From contig JBEWZL010000282.1 of NCBI GenBank assembly GCA_045837725.1, forward strand, positions 434,001 through 498,000: 64,000 nucleotides of DNA. Direction: 5' to 3'. Under the pieces are notes generated by a model that saw nothing but the letters and a program-made list of their open reading frames with translations, had not been told where the DNA came from and did no database searches. Origin of the DNA: Vermamoeba vermiformis (Eukaryota). Shown here piece after piece: positions 49,701-61,940 of this stretch. The position numbers and the translations under genes are program-made. Each line of letters begins with the position of its first letter. Position 1 is the stretch's first letter.

Positions 49701-50611
49701 CAGTCGAAATAAATACACAGCCACGTTTGAGTGCTTTAAAATTAACAAAAATATATATTATGTGATATCGCGTGGTTGTTTGTGTTCGTTGGTATTGAAA
49801 AATAGGTCGGTCCAAAAAACACTTGCAAACTCGAACTACACAACACTACAACAAGTCAATAGTACGTAGTGTTTGTTTTTATGTCATTATATGTTGTATC
49901 TCATCCGATTTTATTCTTAATTCAATGATCGAAGGGAGGATGTGCGATCGACAAACACGATCTCTTACCAGTATTTCTCGAATTTCGAAAAAACAGCATG
50001 ATCACGTAAGAATAACTATATTTAATGCACTTACTGGCCGTAAAATTCAATTAACCGCGACCTTGATCGAGATTGGGCCACGAAACAAAATTTCATCAGC
50101 AATAATTTATTTTATTAATATAACATTGTCGTCATCATTTATATAATGCAAATAGCATATATTTATAAAAATATTTATTTTTAAAATCGTTCGACGGGAG
50201 ATCGCGCGATGAGCCGCATGTGACATCCTCTCTCGAAATCAATCGAATCTAAACCATACCCATTCGCTTCTTGAATACATAAATATACTTTTCCCTCAAT
50301 ACGACCCCTATAATCCCCCGCGTCTCCGATCTGAAATCCGGTGTTTTCGTGCCCCAACGCCGTTTTTTCCTTTTTTTGCGTTACAATAATCAAAACAACG
50401 CCAAAAATCGACCTACAACGCCGGTTTATTGGTCAAAACGCCCTTTTTTTTTCCTGTAGTGTTAACGCCGAACGAATTGTATTATTTCTTTGATTACGCG
50501 TGTATCGACTGGAACCATCCGTTCTGTAACCGTGCTTCTGCTATGCCCATAGCCATCAAAAATTGGCTGTTAGAAAAACGAGACAGATCTGTGCAGAACG
50601 GCGGTTGGTAA
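46790..50611 (+). pseudogene. F-box-like protein paralog B, last exon interrupted by a CACTA-like element
   Basis: Removing 47786-50461 and one TT copy restores ...LDGAELTPNELYYFFD..., which aligns with paralog A ...LDGQELSPYDLYYFFD. Confidence 0.8.
47786..50461. mobile_element. Non-autonomous CACTA/EnSpm (CMC)-like DNA transposon, 2676 bp, 2-bp TSD (TT)
   Basis: Left end CACCAGAGGAAAAAAATCAGGGCGTTTTG; right end reverse-complement CACTACAGGAAAAAAAAAGGGCGTTTTG. TT at 47784-47785 and 50462-50463. Subterminal CAACG/ACAACGCC repeats. No transposase recognised. Confidence 0.85.
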
Positions 50612-50763
50612 CAATAAAGATCTTATTTAAGACAGATCAAATGACTACGAATAAAGAGGAGTGCTTCAAATTGTATTTGTATTGACGATTTAAATTACTC
50701 CGCATCGCCACGCAGATTTCTGAAACACTCCTTCCGGTGGTTCATTCTATTTCCACGAAAGAG

Positions 50764-53625
50764 ATGAGCACGAGAAAGAGAGCCTTAGAGGATGGTGACA
50801 ACGAGCAGCAAGCCAAACGGCAAAAACTAGAGCATAATGAAGTGACTACTGTGCATCCATTCGAATTGGCAGAGCTTGTGGAGGCGATCGTAGCACATCT
50901 GCTTTCAATTTCGCCTTTGTCAATTTTAAATTTAATGTGCTCCTCAAAAAGGTGAGTAATACGATTATATATAACAATTAAACGCACTGCGATAATATTT
51001 AAAAATAAACTATATAAAATCTTATTTCTTGTAACTTTCAGACTGCGAGATGTGGTGCTTGCCAAGTCTTTGTGGCTTCGTCAAGGCTTCAAACAACTCT
51101 ACGACATGGCTTCAAATGATTTTCTTCCCGCAGAATATCTTCGTGCAGTTTTGGGTCAACTGGAGCTCGATCGACTGAAACAACAAGAATTGCGGTGGGG
51201 CCAAGCGTCCCTATTTCTAAAGGTCGATAAATATGTGACAAATGAAGAAACGTAAGATTATAGTCGTAATGTCCTTAAACTAACCATTGTTGTTTAGTAC
51301 TGGCCTTCTTGAGTGCAAATTCGATCTGGTCCACGAAGAAAGACGCAGATATGATACACGGCGGTTAAATTCAGCAGAATATTTAGCAGATCGATGTCTT
51401 ACAGATGAGGCACACAGAGTGTTGTTGAACATCATGGCAAGATTAGTTAACAAATTTATCACGATCCAACAGTTGATCGAGTTTATCGAGATCTCAGAGG
51501 AAGATATTCTAAAAAAACGTAAGTATTATAGACTCTTATATATATACATATATATCTGATTGTTGTATTCTAGAAAAACAAGATTTGCACGAGATTTTAT
51601 ATGTACCTGCAGCGGAATACGAAGAAGTTGAGGCCACTTCATTCAACGAATACTTGCAAGCAGAAGCACTGTATTATCCAGAAATGGAAATGTAAGCAAT
51701 AAGAATATTCATACGACTACGACAAAGTTTTTAATAATAATTTTTATAATTCAGTGGTCCAGCCAAGTTTTACCCAGTGATGATGATCGATGGTGTGTAC
51801 AGCACGGTGCTCTATCGTGAGGAAGATTTTCCGTCGACAGAACTCAATTTCCGAATTTGGAAACGGTTCATGGACGAGCATCGATCGATTTTGATCTTTG
51901 ATGGCATGTTCGAAGTAGCAAATGTAGCCGCCGAAGCACACAACCCCTATATCAAAGTAGCTTATTAATCCATAATAATAATAATAATATAATATTAATT
52001 ATTTTTCACAGTTTAATTCGCAAAAGAATTTGATCGAAGAATGCGGCTTTTTGAACGTAGATCCAAACGAAAGCGGAGTTAGAAATACCACAAGATGCGG
52101 AATTTTTGAAATTCATCGAATTTCCTTTTAAGAAAGAGGAATGTTTTGAGCTGGCTGGGGATATCACGTCACTACTATTTGGCGACTACGTAGAGCATTT
52201 CTTGGTTGAGCGAATGAAACCACCGCACAAGTACTTCAAAAACGTCAAATTTAGAAGAACTCAAAGCGACATTGATTTTGAAACGAATTTATGCAAAGTT
52301 CACTCGGATCCAGCGAACATCTTCTTCGAGTCGGTATTGCCTTATTTGGTAAACGATCCGAAATCCTTCCTGACATTCTTCCGCACTTGCAAAAGGTAAA
52401 TTGGTGCTCGAGCTGTAGACAGCACAACTTAAACTAACTTCAATGTTCTATTTTTAGCTTCCGAAAGCTACGGAATGAGAAAGATGTTTGGAAAAGACTT
52501 GGCTTTGTGCACTTTGCGGAGTGGCACTACGACTACGAAGGTGTTAAAATTCTTCAAACTAGTCACATCAGACGCATCTTGCGCGCGATAAGAAGAGATT
52601 TTGTTCATGAAAAAGTATTGCAGCTAAACTCTGACATGCAGTGTGTCAATCACATTTCAAATTTATCGCAGGAAACTGTCTTGTAAGTGTTACTTTGAAG
52701 CACTAAGAATGACATACTAACTACTACAGGCAAATGGAGAACAAATTATTTGACCCGACAAAAGACGAGGCGTTTGTAGCAATTCATGGCGTGAGATTTC
52801 AAGAGTATTTAGCCAACAGAAAACTCACTGAAGAGGCCGCACAGATGTTGATGTGGCTGAAAAGAAAAATTGCTGTCGAACTTGTTAGTGTCGAAGATTT
52901 GATTGGCTTCATTGAACTAGAGAAAGATCAACCTTGTAAGTAATTTCCCCCTTTCTTATCTTCTTATATGTGCCTTATCTTATTCTATTATTGTTAGTGG
53001 GCATTACAGAAATGGTTACTAAAGTGGATGTGACAGTGCCACAAGCAGAAGAGCAGCACGAGTACTTGGTCAGCCTTTTGCGTGGTTTGTGGTGCGAGTA
53101 AGTTTTTCTGAATATTAATAACGTACTTTCAACTCACGGAATTAATCAGGGAGGATTGGGACTTTGACGTGTTGTTGCAGACCCAACACACCTTCACGTC
53201 CAATTCTCACGTGGAAATAGACTCGGATGCAGTGCAAATCAGCATTACTGTGAACAAAGTGTTTGTTGGCGAGGATCGATCGATAGTGTTCATTCAGTCC
53301 TATTGCGGATTAATGAGCATTGTCAGCGAAGAAGATTTTTACATCAAAGTACGCGAAATATTATGTTATTTGATCGTCATATTAACTTTTTATATTCTAG
53401 TATGACAAAAGCAAGAATTTGATTGAAGAGTGTGGCACGCTGTCAACTTTCAGAGCGATGAATTGTCCGAATGAAATTGATCAGCACACTGTTATTTGCA
53501 TGATGTTAGAGAAGCCTGGACAGCCTGTGGGCTTCACCGAAGACATGTTAATGCGGCGTGAAATAATATGGCAAGCACCATTGCCCGAGTACCACTTCAA
53601 GAACATCAAGTTCAAGAAGGATTGA
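50764..53625 (+). CDS. Multi-exon protein made of two tandem homologous modules, each starting with an F-box-like segment
   Basis: AEYLADRCLTDEA..LIEFIE vs QEYLANRKLTEEA..LIGFIE; KNLIEECG in both halves; PHKYFKNVKF vs PEYHFKNIKF. NLS-like N-terminus. Confidence 0.65.
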
Positions 53626-53708
53626 ACGAGATCTGGTGCACATAAAGCACTCGATGGAGAACGATAAATACACAGTTTCGCGACTATTTACAATACATAG
53701 ACACAGTA

Positions 53709-55509
53709 TTATACATGGTTATCATTGGAAGAGTCAGCAGGCAACGTACTGCTTGGCCGAGAGACCTCGTTGGACACGGATCCTTTGGGCGATGTTTTGT
53801 TGGACAGGCGACTGTTTGGTAACTCAAATGCTAATATATTGGCCATGGACGCGGCGTTGATCGCAGTGAATAGAGAGTACCATACAGCCATATAATCTAA
53901 GTGGAAAAAGTTAGTCGGATCTGGCGGGCTAACAATGGATCTACTTACTGATTGGTGCGTAAGCAAAGCCTGTCGCAAATAGTGCTGCGAACAAAACGAA
54001 CAATATTAAGAACCCTGCGCATACTAACATTCTTATAGTAGTCTAAACAATAGACCGTTAGTTTTGATGGCAGATCGGATAAATTTGTACCTTTTTCAAC
54101 GCAACTGTTTTGCCGATATTTTTACTCTCGTTCATGCGCCGAAGTAACTTAACGCCAGTAATTAAATGGAACACAACAATAGCCACTGATACCGCAATGT
54201 ACAGTACCGCTAAAAAAAGACAATTAGATCCGTACATTCAATTTTCATGAAAAATAGTACCAGTCACAAATTGCAAGTGATCGACTGTCGTCCAACTTCT
54301 TAGAAATAATTGCAGTAATTGCACGGCAATTAATGTGGCTGAAAGTACGAAGAACGGAATTTTCATCCGGATGATGAACGGATGTACAATGATTGAAGAC
54401 GTCGTCATCATTTCGTGCCAGTATAATATGATCAATATGAAGGACGATAATGCGAATGGCATCGATAGGCGCGTAAAGGCTACTGAGACTTGTTCTGAGT
54501 AAATAAAATTCGCGCAAAGCGGATCGATGATGTGCAACAGCCGAACTGCGGGTAGAACGATTAATATTGGATTATTATATGCTATGGTACTATTCTCATG
54601 TACTTACGAGTATTAGAGAATAATTCGATCGACAGAACAAAAATGGCGATGGATGCGGTGCAGCCTCCATAAAACATAGAGAAATCTCGCAACTTCCAAA
54701 TCGCTAAGCCGATGTGCAGCCTGCTGGATATAGTCCCAAGAACACTATAACAAAATATTAAGCATAATTGGCAATTTTAAAGCGAAATTTCTGATTCTGA
54801 AATTTACCTGTCCAGATGTAGTAACCAGCCCCATAGTAGGTATCATCCCAAGGGTTAGGCGCGTCTATAATATGATTTAATATGATTTTAATTGTTATGA
54901 AGCTGATATTTACGTCATCTTACCGCTTGGCAAAAATGTTACGGATGCAATCTGGTTGGTGTAAAAGAGCGGCAAGAAGATCTTTGCTTCTGGTATAGCC
55001 ATCTCGAATACTGATATATTAATCTTTTTAAGGTTCTCTTTATCGTTCCATCGCCATTTCAAGTAGCCTCCCACATCTGGCGTTAAGTTTTAAGTTATTG
55101 CAAGAATTTCGAATAGGCCAAACAGAATCTGATTCGACTTACAGTATGTCGGAGATACATATAATGCTCCTATGGCACCCTTATTTTGCGCGTCAAGAAT
55201 AAGTTCGTCAACGGCAAGTGGATTTCGGATGATAAAAATTTTGTTTTGAACATCATCCGTCTTATTTGTTATTTCCGCAGTAATGGCATAATTTATGCGT
55301 GTTCCAATGCCGCCTATAATTAGAATTTAGCCGCAGTTTCAACAAAAATTGCAAAAAATAATGTACTTACCAACGTACAAAATTTCAATGCTTTCAAGCG
55401 GGATTATGGTGCCATTTTTCATTCGAATAATAAGTTGTGCTTGTGTTGTATTGATTGTCAATAACAAAACTATAATTGTGAGCCAAAAAGGCCAACTCCT
55501 CAAGATCAT
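53709..55509 (-). CDS. Signal peptide + PA-like ectodomain + multi-pass (about 7TM) membrane protein; apparent frameshift near 54710
   Basis: MILRSWPFWLTIIVLLL; DAQNKGAIGALYV (PA-like); PNPW followed by TM helices (LRLLHIIDP, ILIILYWHEM). In-frame TAG at 54704-54706 after splicing. Confidence 0.6.
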
Positions 55510-56570
55510 TTCTTGGCTTGTGGATGTGCTGCGCTTGTTGTGTTGTAAGCTGCTTGCCGAAATGTCTAAAAAGATTGGCACAGGGATAATTGACTGGTCA
55601 AATCAATCTCCGGTTTGGACAAAAAAGGAAATCAGATTTTTTAAAGTGGATTTGATCCCGCGACAGGGGTATTTTTACCTTTCGTTCCAGAATCGCACAC
55701 TGTAGTAAGCTCGATAATATGATTAACTCGGATAATATGAGCCTATTTAAGCATTTTATTGCTCTTGGATCTCGACAATTTTTGTTTTGCTTCTTGCGTG
55801 CTTGGCGTTTTGAAATTTACTCCACGCTAATTATAGTATAAGAAGATTATATTTAGATATTGATTAATTGCATATAAATCCTTTTTTGTACACTTACTGT
55901 AGCCAACAGATCGGATTATTTGAGCAGTACCGAATAAAATTGCGCCAAGAAGAGCCGCGTAAGAAAAATAAAGCATATATCGCTTAGCTTGCGCGCCAAA
56001 TATAACAATAGAGTCACCTAGTCTATAATCAAAGGTATTAGCTGTAAGTTTTCGATCGCGTAAGTTTGGATGTGAGCTCAGAAATAATTATTTTAAATTA
56101 ATAATACTAACCTATTAATGCTAGTTGCTAGGATCTTCGCGGCATCAACAACTGACTCGTTAATTTTTTTAAGGGATGCACCAGGCGTGTCAATTTGATT
56201 TAATCCTTCTACAGCTGCATCCAAAAATCTTTTGGCAATATTTTACGTGAATATATTTTATATTAATTATAGGAGTGCTAGACTTACGATTTGCTGCCGT
56301 CTATAATATATCGTAATAATTAAAATACGACCGCAGATCTGGATCTTTTTTTCCTTACGTACCTGCTGCAGCGCTTGTCTTGGCTTTTAAAGAATTCATA
56401 TTATTCTATACAATAATAATTTTAAAATTAAGCTGATGTTGGTAGCACACAGCTTCAGTGTCAAACAAAATCATTTTTAGCACTTTTCTGGAAATTTGTA
56501 CTTTTAAAACTACAACTAATCTACACAACTAGCACTAGCTCACTGACGGATCACAAGCCCTTGGACTCTA

Positions 56571-59500
56571 TCACGTGATAATGTTCATACTCGGAGGCAG
56601 AGTACTGGATGACACGGGACAGAAGTTAAGTGCCACGCTGTCCGTGCACGTGGCCTTGATGTAGACAGGCGAGTTGGAGCCGTCAATGCCCCACACTGTC
56701 ACACCGTCGCGCGTGTATGGCGGCACGCCAGACCGCGTCTCGTAGTTCTTGACATTGACGTACAAGTACTGACCACTGAAGTAGAACGAGAACGGCGTGT
56801 TGATCAGCGCAGTCATGTTCAGCACTTGGACGTACGATCCCTTGTGACCGAAATAGCGGTCTTGATAGGTAATGTTGAACGTCGTGCCCGCAGGATAACT
56901 CAGCACAAAATAGGCCTGAGCATTGGGAGGCACACGAGTAGGCATAAAGCTCCAGCTCTTGGGTGCTCCGTTATTCGGGAACTGAACGAACCAACCTTCG
57001 CCGCTAATGCCCGTGGCGGCACTTTGACCGTACGTGAAGTTTGTGGTCGTTGTTGGACGGCCACACAGAGTGAACGAGCCCATTACATCACCACTCGCAC
57101 CGGTGTAGTTTGCCACGGAGATACCTACATTGATAATTTCACGGCCCTAAACGATGATAAGTCAGTTTAATATTGCCAATAAGACTCATGTGTTGTTCTT
57201 ACGGGTTTTCTGGGACAGATCCAGGTGCGCCAGTTCCAGTCGTAGTGACAATCATCACCTCCGTTCCAAATGCCAGCCCAGCTGCCAATAATACCACCGC
57301 CACTAACGCCAGTAACTGAACCGTCCCAGTCTTCAATGTTCGAAGACATGCGTGCAAAGCCCGTGTCACTTTGAACTCTGACGGCGTCATCACAGTCTAT
57401 GAGGGTACATTTGAACATTAGTCCTTAGTACTAGTGAGACTTACCATCAAAGTGAAGGCCACTGACAGCTGAAATTCCTTGATTGAGCGACTGATCGACG
57501 TTGTTCAAGACACTCAAACAGTTCGTGTTCTGATTGATGCTGACACTGTTCACGAATCTCGTGTCATTCTTGTACCCGACGAAGGTCACATTGGACAGAA
57601 TGGCCACACTCCATTGATCGTACTATCTCAACGTTAGTAAGTTAAACAACAAATTAAGTGTGACTTACGAATTGGAAGCCTTGTGAGCCTTGAGGTTGAC
57701 CATAGATGTTCGTCTTGGGATAGCCCAACGGATTCTTCGTGATACCAAAGACTGAGTCCTTGCCGAGAGCTGGACCGAAGAGTGTTGCACCACGACCGAC
57801 ATCCCATGACTAGAAGCATCGTTAGTGACACGTGTCAAACATGTCAAAAGTGTTATCGTTACCTCGGAGTTTCGGAACTCGACGGAGTTACCCCAATGAT
57901 TTGTACCTTGACCACACAACCACGCCTTGAAGTTGGTGATGTTCAGCGCTGTATCGACGATCTTGCCATCGACCCACTTGCGGGCATTTCTGTTGTCAGC
58001 ACCTTGGGTGCGGCCTCCGTTGTAAGTCAGCACGTCATTGCTATCGTACCACAATACTACAAAGAGGTTAACTACATTGTATATAACCTTATTGGCTTAG
58101 TCACGTACGTCCTCCCGAATAGAGACAGCCACCAAAGATCGAGAAGTAGTATCCGGAGGAATGTGCTGTGTTGCCGTCGAACTGAAGTGCTGCTTTGTCC
58201 TTTGGTGCAATGGGCATGTACATGCCTTTGAACTCGCCTGTGGGGACCTTGAAGTGCGGCAGAATGATGCCAGACCATCCTCCTGACGCGGCATTGCCTC
58301 GCACGAAGTTCCACATGTTCGAGATGTAGAAACCTGCTGCTGCCGAGTCAGCGGGCAAGATTCCTGTAAAACCGATTAGCTATTGATTACAATATCGATG
58401 TTCGGCGTACTGTCAGGTGTGGCCGGTAAGTTGGCCATGAACTGACTTCCGCTAGTCGCGAAGTCACCAATGTACGCCACACGAGAGGCAAGATTGAACG
58501 AGATTGTGTTGTTCTCTTCGACGCCCTGTGTTTGTGTTAGTTAAGAGCTAATGACACTAAATGTTGAGCATCTTACGTCTTCGAGGTAGTAGCAGTGACC
58601 ATGTGTTCTGAACGCGACATTGCGCGACACCAACATCTCATGTGTGCCGTGAACTGTAATGCAGCGGAAGTAGCTGTCGTGCACACTGTTGTCTGTAGCA
58701 TACGAAGTCGAGGAGATGTTCATCAAGTGGAAATGAATCTAAAAGATACAGTGTCAAAAATGATGACACGTGTCAAAGTGTCATTATATTCAAACTTACA
58801 GGATATCGTCCAAGCATGTTGAACTGACCCATTCTGTTCGTTTCAATGCCCGAAACTCGGCCTTCACCCATCATCATCAGGTGACCGCCGAACATTTCCG
58901 TGTCAGAGGCTTCATCGCCACTCAGCTGAATGCGACGAGACAGCAAGCCAACTTCGGTCTGATACTCCGCTCCTGCATGATGATAGAAGCGAATGCGACT
59001 CGTGAACTGAACAACATTATCTTGGACTGCTCGCACCGTGAGGACTTCATTCATGTCGTAGAAGTCGTCGTACATGAACGATGTGACCAATAACACTTGT
59101 TGACCTGCCTCCCAGTTGACATTTTGTTGCAAGAACAAGCGATCAGAGCCAGGCATTGCTGGTGCTGCGAGACGACTCCACGAAGGATTGAATTGTTTGC
59201 CTGTGATAGAGCGTCAGTCGCATCACAGCCTTAAAATAGCTGCGTAGGACGTACCGTGAAGTTCAACTACACTGCCTTTGTACGCAACAATGCCTTTGCC
59301 TTCAGTTGGAGTTGAGGCCTTGTCACCGAAGAATGTCAACTTGATGTTCGAGTACAAACGACACGTTGATGAGCCCATTCTGATTTCAATGTTAGCCACT
59401 CGTACTATGATTCTGTCTTACAACTGGTTGTTACCTTATAGCACCATAGACCCAGATAGTTCCGATGTTCAGTTCAATCGGTGCATCTGCAAAGATAAGC

Positions 59501-61940
59501 TCGCTGCCAGCTGGAACTGTGATCTCTTTGTAGGGAAGGACGTTGCTGAAGGAACACGGGGTCACTAGAACTCGGGTGTTTGGAGGAAGCGTCACTGATG
59601 AGCCTGGAGCTGGTATTTGATTGTTTGCTGCAAAAAAGACAAACATTAGTAAGTTGCATCAACGACAAATGGCTAGAAGCTCTTACACCAAGTTGAGGGG
59701 TCTTCCCACTTCTTGAGTCCATCTTGAAGATGAGGACAGTCTGTGCGAGGATTGGGATCGACACCATTCGGCATCAAAGGAATGTACGCGGCTCTGAACA
59801 CTTCATTCGAGTACATCGTTGGCTTGGTGAAGGGCTGCTCGACCAGCTCGAAAGTGATGTCTTTGTAGAAGAACATTCCTGCCCCACCGAAGCTCCCTTG
59901 AATGGCAAAGAAAGCACGTGACGCGAGATTAGGAGGAGAGAACGTGTAAGTGTAACTGGCCCATTCCGTGGTGATGCCATTGGGTGCAAGGTTGTCTGAC
60001 GCAACGACGAAGGACGAACCAGAAGGAGCTGTAGTTTGTGTGTAGTTGCCTGGAGGATACTTGCGGCTCTCAGTGTCGGTCTGTGTGGCGTCAAAGATCT
60101 TAAACACACGAACGGTAACATCGGCAGTGGTGTTGACATTTTCATTCTTTGGATCTTGTTTGATTGAGAAGCTAATCTTGTACGTGCGATCTGGATGAAG
60201 AGAGAACGGCAGCAAATACCCAGAATTCAATAGAAGCGCGAATGGGTTCGCTGAGTACTTGGGCTTGTACAATGTGATGCCGTTGTCCGTGCGATTGACT
60301 TTTAAAGTGACCGCACCCATTGTAATGCCAATGAATGCTGTCTCGTCGTCGTACTTCTGCACGTAGTTTGGATACGATGATTGAGGATCGAATGATGCCA
60401 TTGGTGGGGTGAAATCAACAGTTGCAAAGTCAGTGCAAGTGGCCGTCGGAACATCAAAACGAACAGTCACTGTAGTCTTGGCCTTGAGTGTCATTGAGCC
60501 TGAAGTGCCATCGCCGCACACTCCGCTCTTCGTTTGAGCTGCGTCTGATGTGACTGAGCAGTTGGATGGAAGTTCGACTGAATCTCCGAATGAGATGTCA
60601 AACGTTCCTGAAAGCCCATAGCCCTATCATATAGTTGTTAATAAAGACTTACATTCTATTAGCGCTCATGTGCTTGAAGACTTACGTCAACAAAAGACAA
60701 GAACACGCTGCTTTGAGAGCTTGTGACACTTGTCTGAATCTCACTGCCGACACTTATCTTCTCCAACACAACAGAGGACGATGTGGACACAGACAACGAT
60801 GAGCCTACACTCAACAAGCTCATGCCCACAACACCACCGTTGTCTGACTTGATGTTGAGTGACAGATCCCCAGCTGAAAGAAGACCAGAGGTCGATGTGA
60901 TGCTTCCTTCGTCCAGTTCGACTAGCACCACGTTGAAGTGATAGCCAGCAGGATAGCTTAAGATGACCTGAGGGCATTGTTAGTACGGCCACAATGTCAT
61001 ATGCAAGCGAGACATACCTCCAGTTCAAGATTATCGGATTGTGCAAAGATAACGGAGATAAGTCCTAATAAACAGTTATTATTATACTAGGTCTTAGTAT
61101 GCCTTCAAAGTTACTTACCGAAGATCGCAGCAACCAATAGACCAGTTTTGCGTCGAGAACCGAAAGTTGACAGAAGCAAGGCTGTAGGGACAAGGCTCGC
61201 GAGAATAAAAGAGATTTGGTTCGAATGACCTCTGCTGATACCGCTAGAGGATACCTGAATATCAATTGTATGTTAGAAACAATTAGGGTGTGATTTAAAT
61301 AGCCTATTTACAACGTAGCGAGTGTGAACCAAACGAAGAAAAAAATTGATCAAATCCGAATCTGGTTCGGAAAGAAAAAACAAGCTCTGAGCGACATTAA
61401 TGCTTATATATATGTTATAAATGCATCTTTGGCTTGTAATCATAGCGCAAAAGTTTACGGAGAAGCGAGTGTGAGCACCACACAGATTTTCTGTCACAAA
61501 TTCGAACTCGAAATTACAAAATCGAAATCAAACACCTCGTAAATATATTTGTAATACTCTCCAATTACGCATTCTATTAATTAAAGGAAAACAAACCGGC
61601 TGGGTTCTTACCTTCAAGTAGATCTCGCCGTTGGAGCCGTACGACACTATTTCATCCAACGATACGCGTGTATTTGAGTTAATAGTTAATTTAGGTGAAC
61701 TAACGTCTGCCTGTTGCGTCTTGAAATTAGCCTGTAGAAAAAACAAAATTAATTACCGCATCCACGTTACTCAATCAACGAGAATAAATCAATCTGCATC
61801 GTTATAATACTAACCTTGATGGAAGAAAATAAACGGAGGTTATTATCCACGTTGATGTCGCCGACGAAGTCTGCCGCGACAACAAGCGAACAGCACAGAG
61901 CAACGAGCACTCCGAATAGTACTCTGTTTAGCTGCGCCAT
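56571..61940 (-). CDS. G8-domain / parallel beta-helix secreted protein (dictyostelid comF-like, fibrocystin/TMEM2-related)
   Basis: KWEDPSTW (G8 start), AEYQTEVGLLSRRI, FGGHLM, MGQFNMLGRYP|IHFH, YFRCITVHGTH, GHCYYLEDG, DSAAAGFYISN. Exons join in phase up to the ATG at 61940. Confidence 0.85.

Noticed and set aside
48233-50393. Short ORFs inside the CACTA-like element as a possible transposase
   Set aside because: No DDE/Transposase_21-like motif is recognisable, and the ORFs are short and discontinuous.
56040-56399. Possible small multi-exon gene on the minus strand (MNSLKAKTSAAA...)
   Set aside because: Donor sites exist, but I could not join the exons in a consistent frame or recognise a family.
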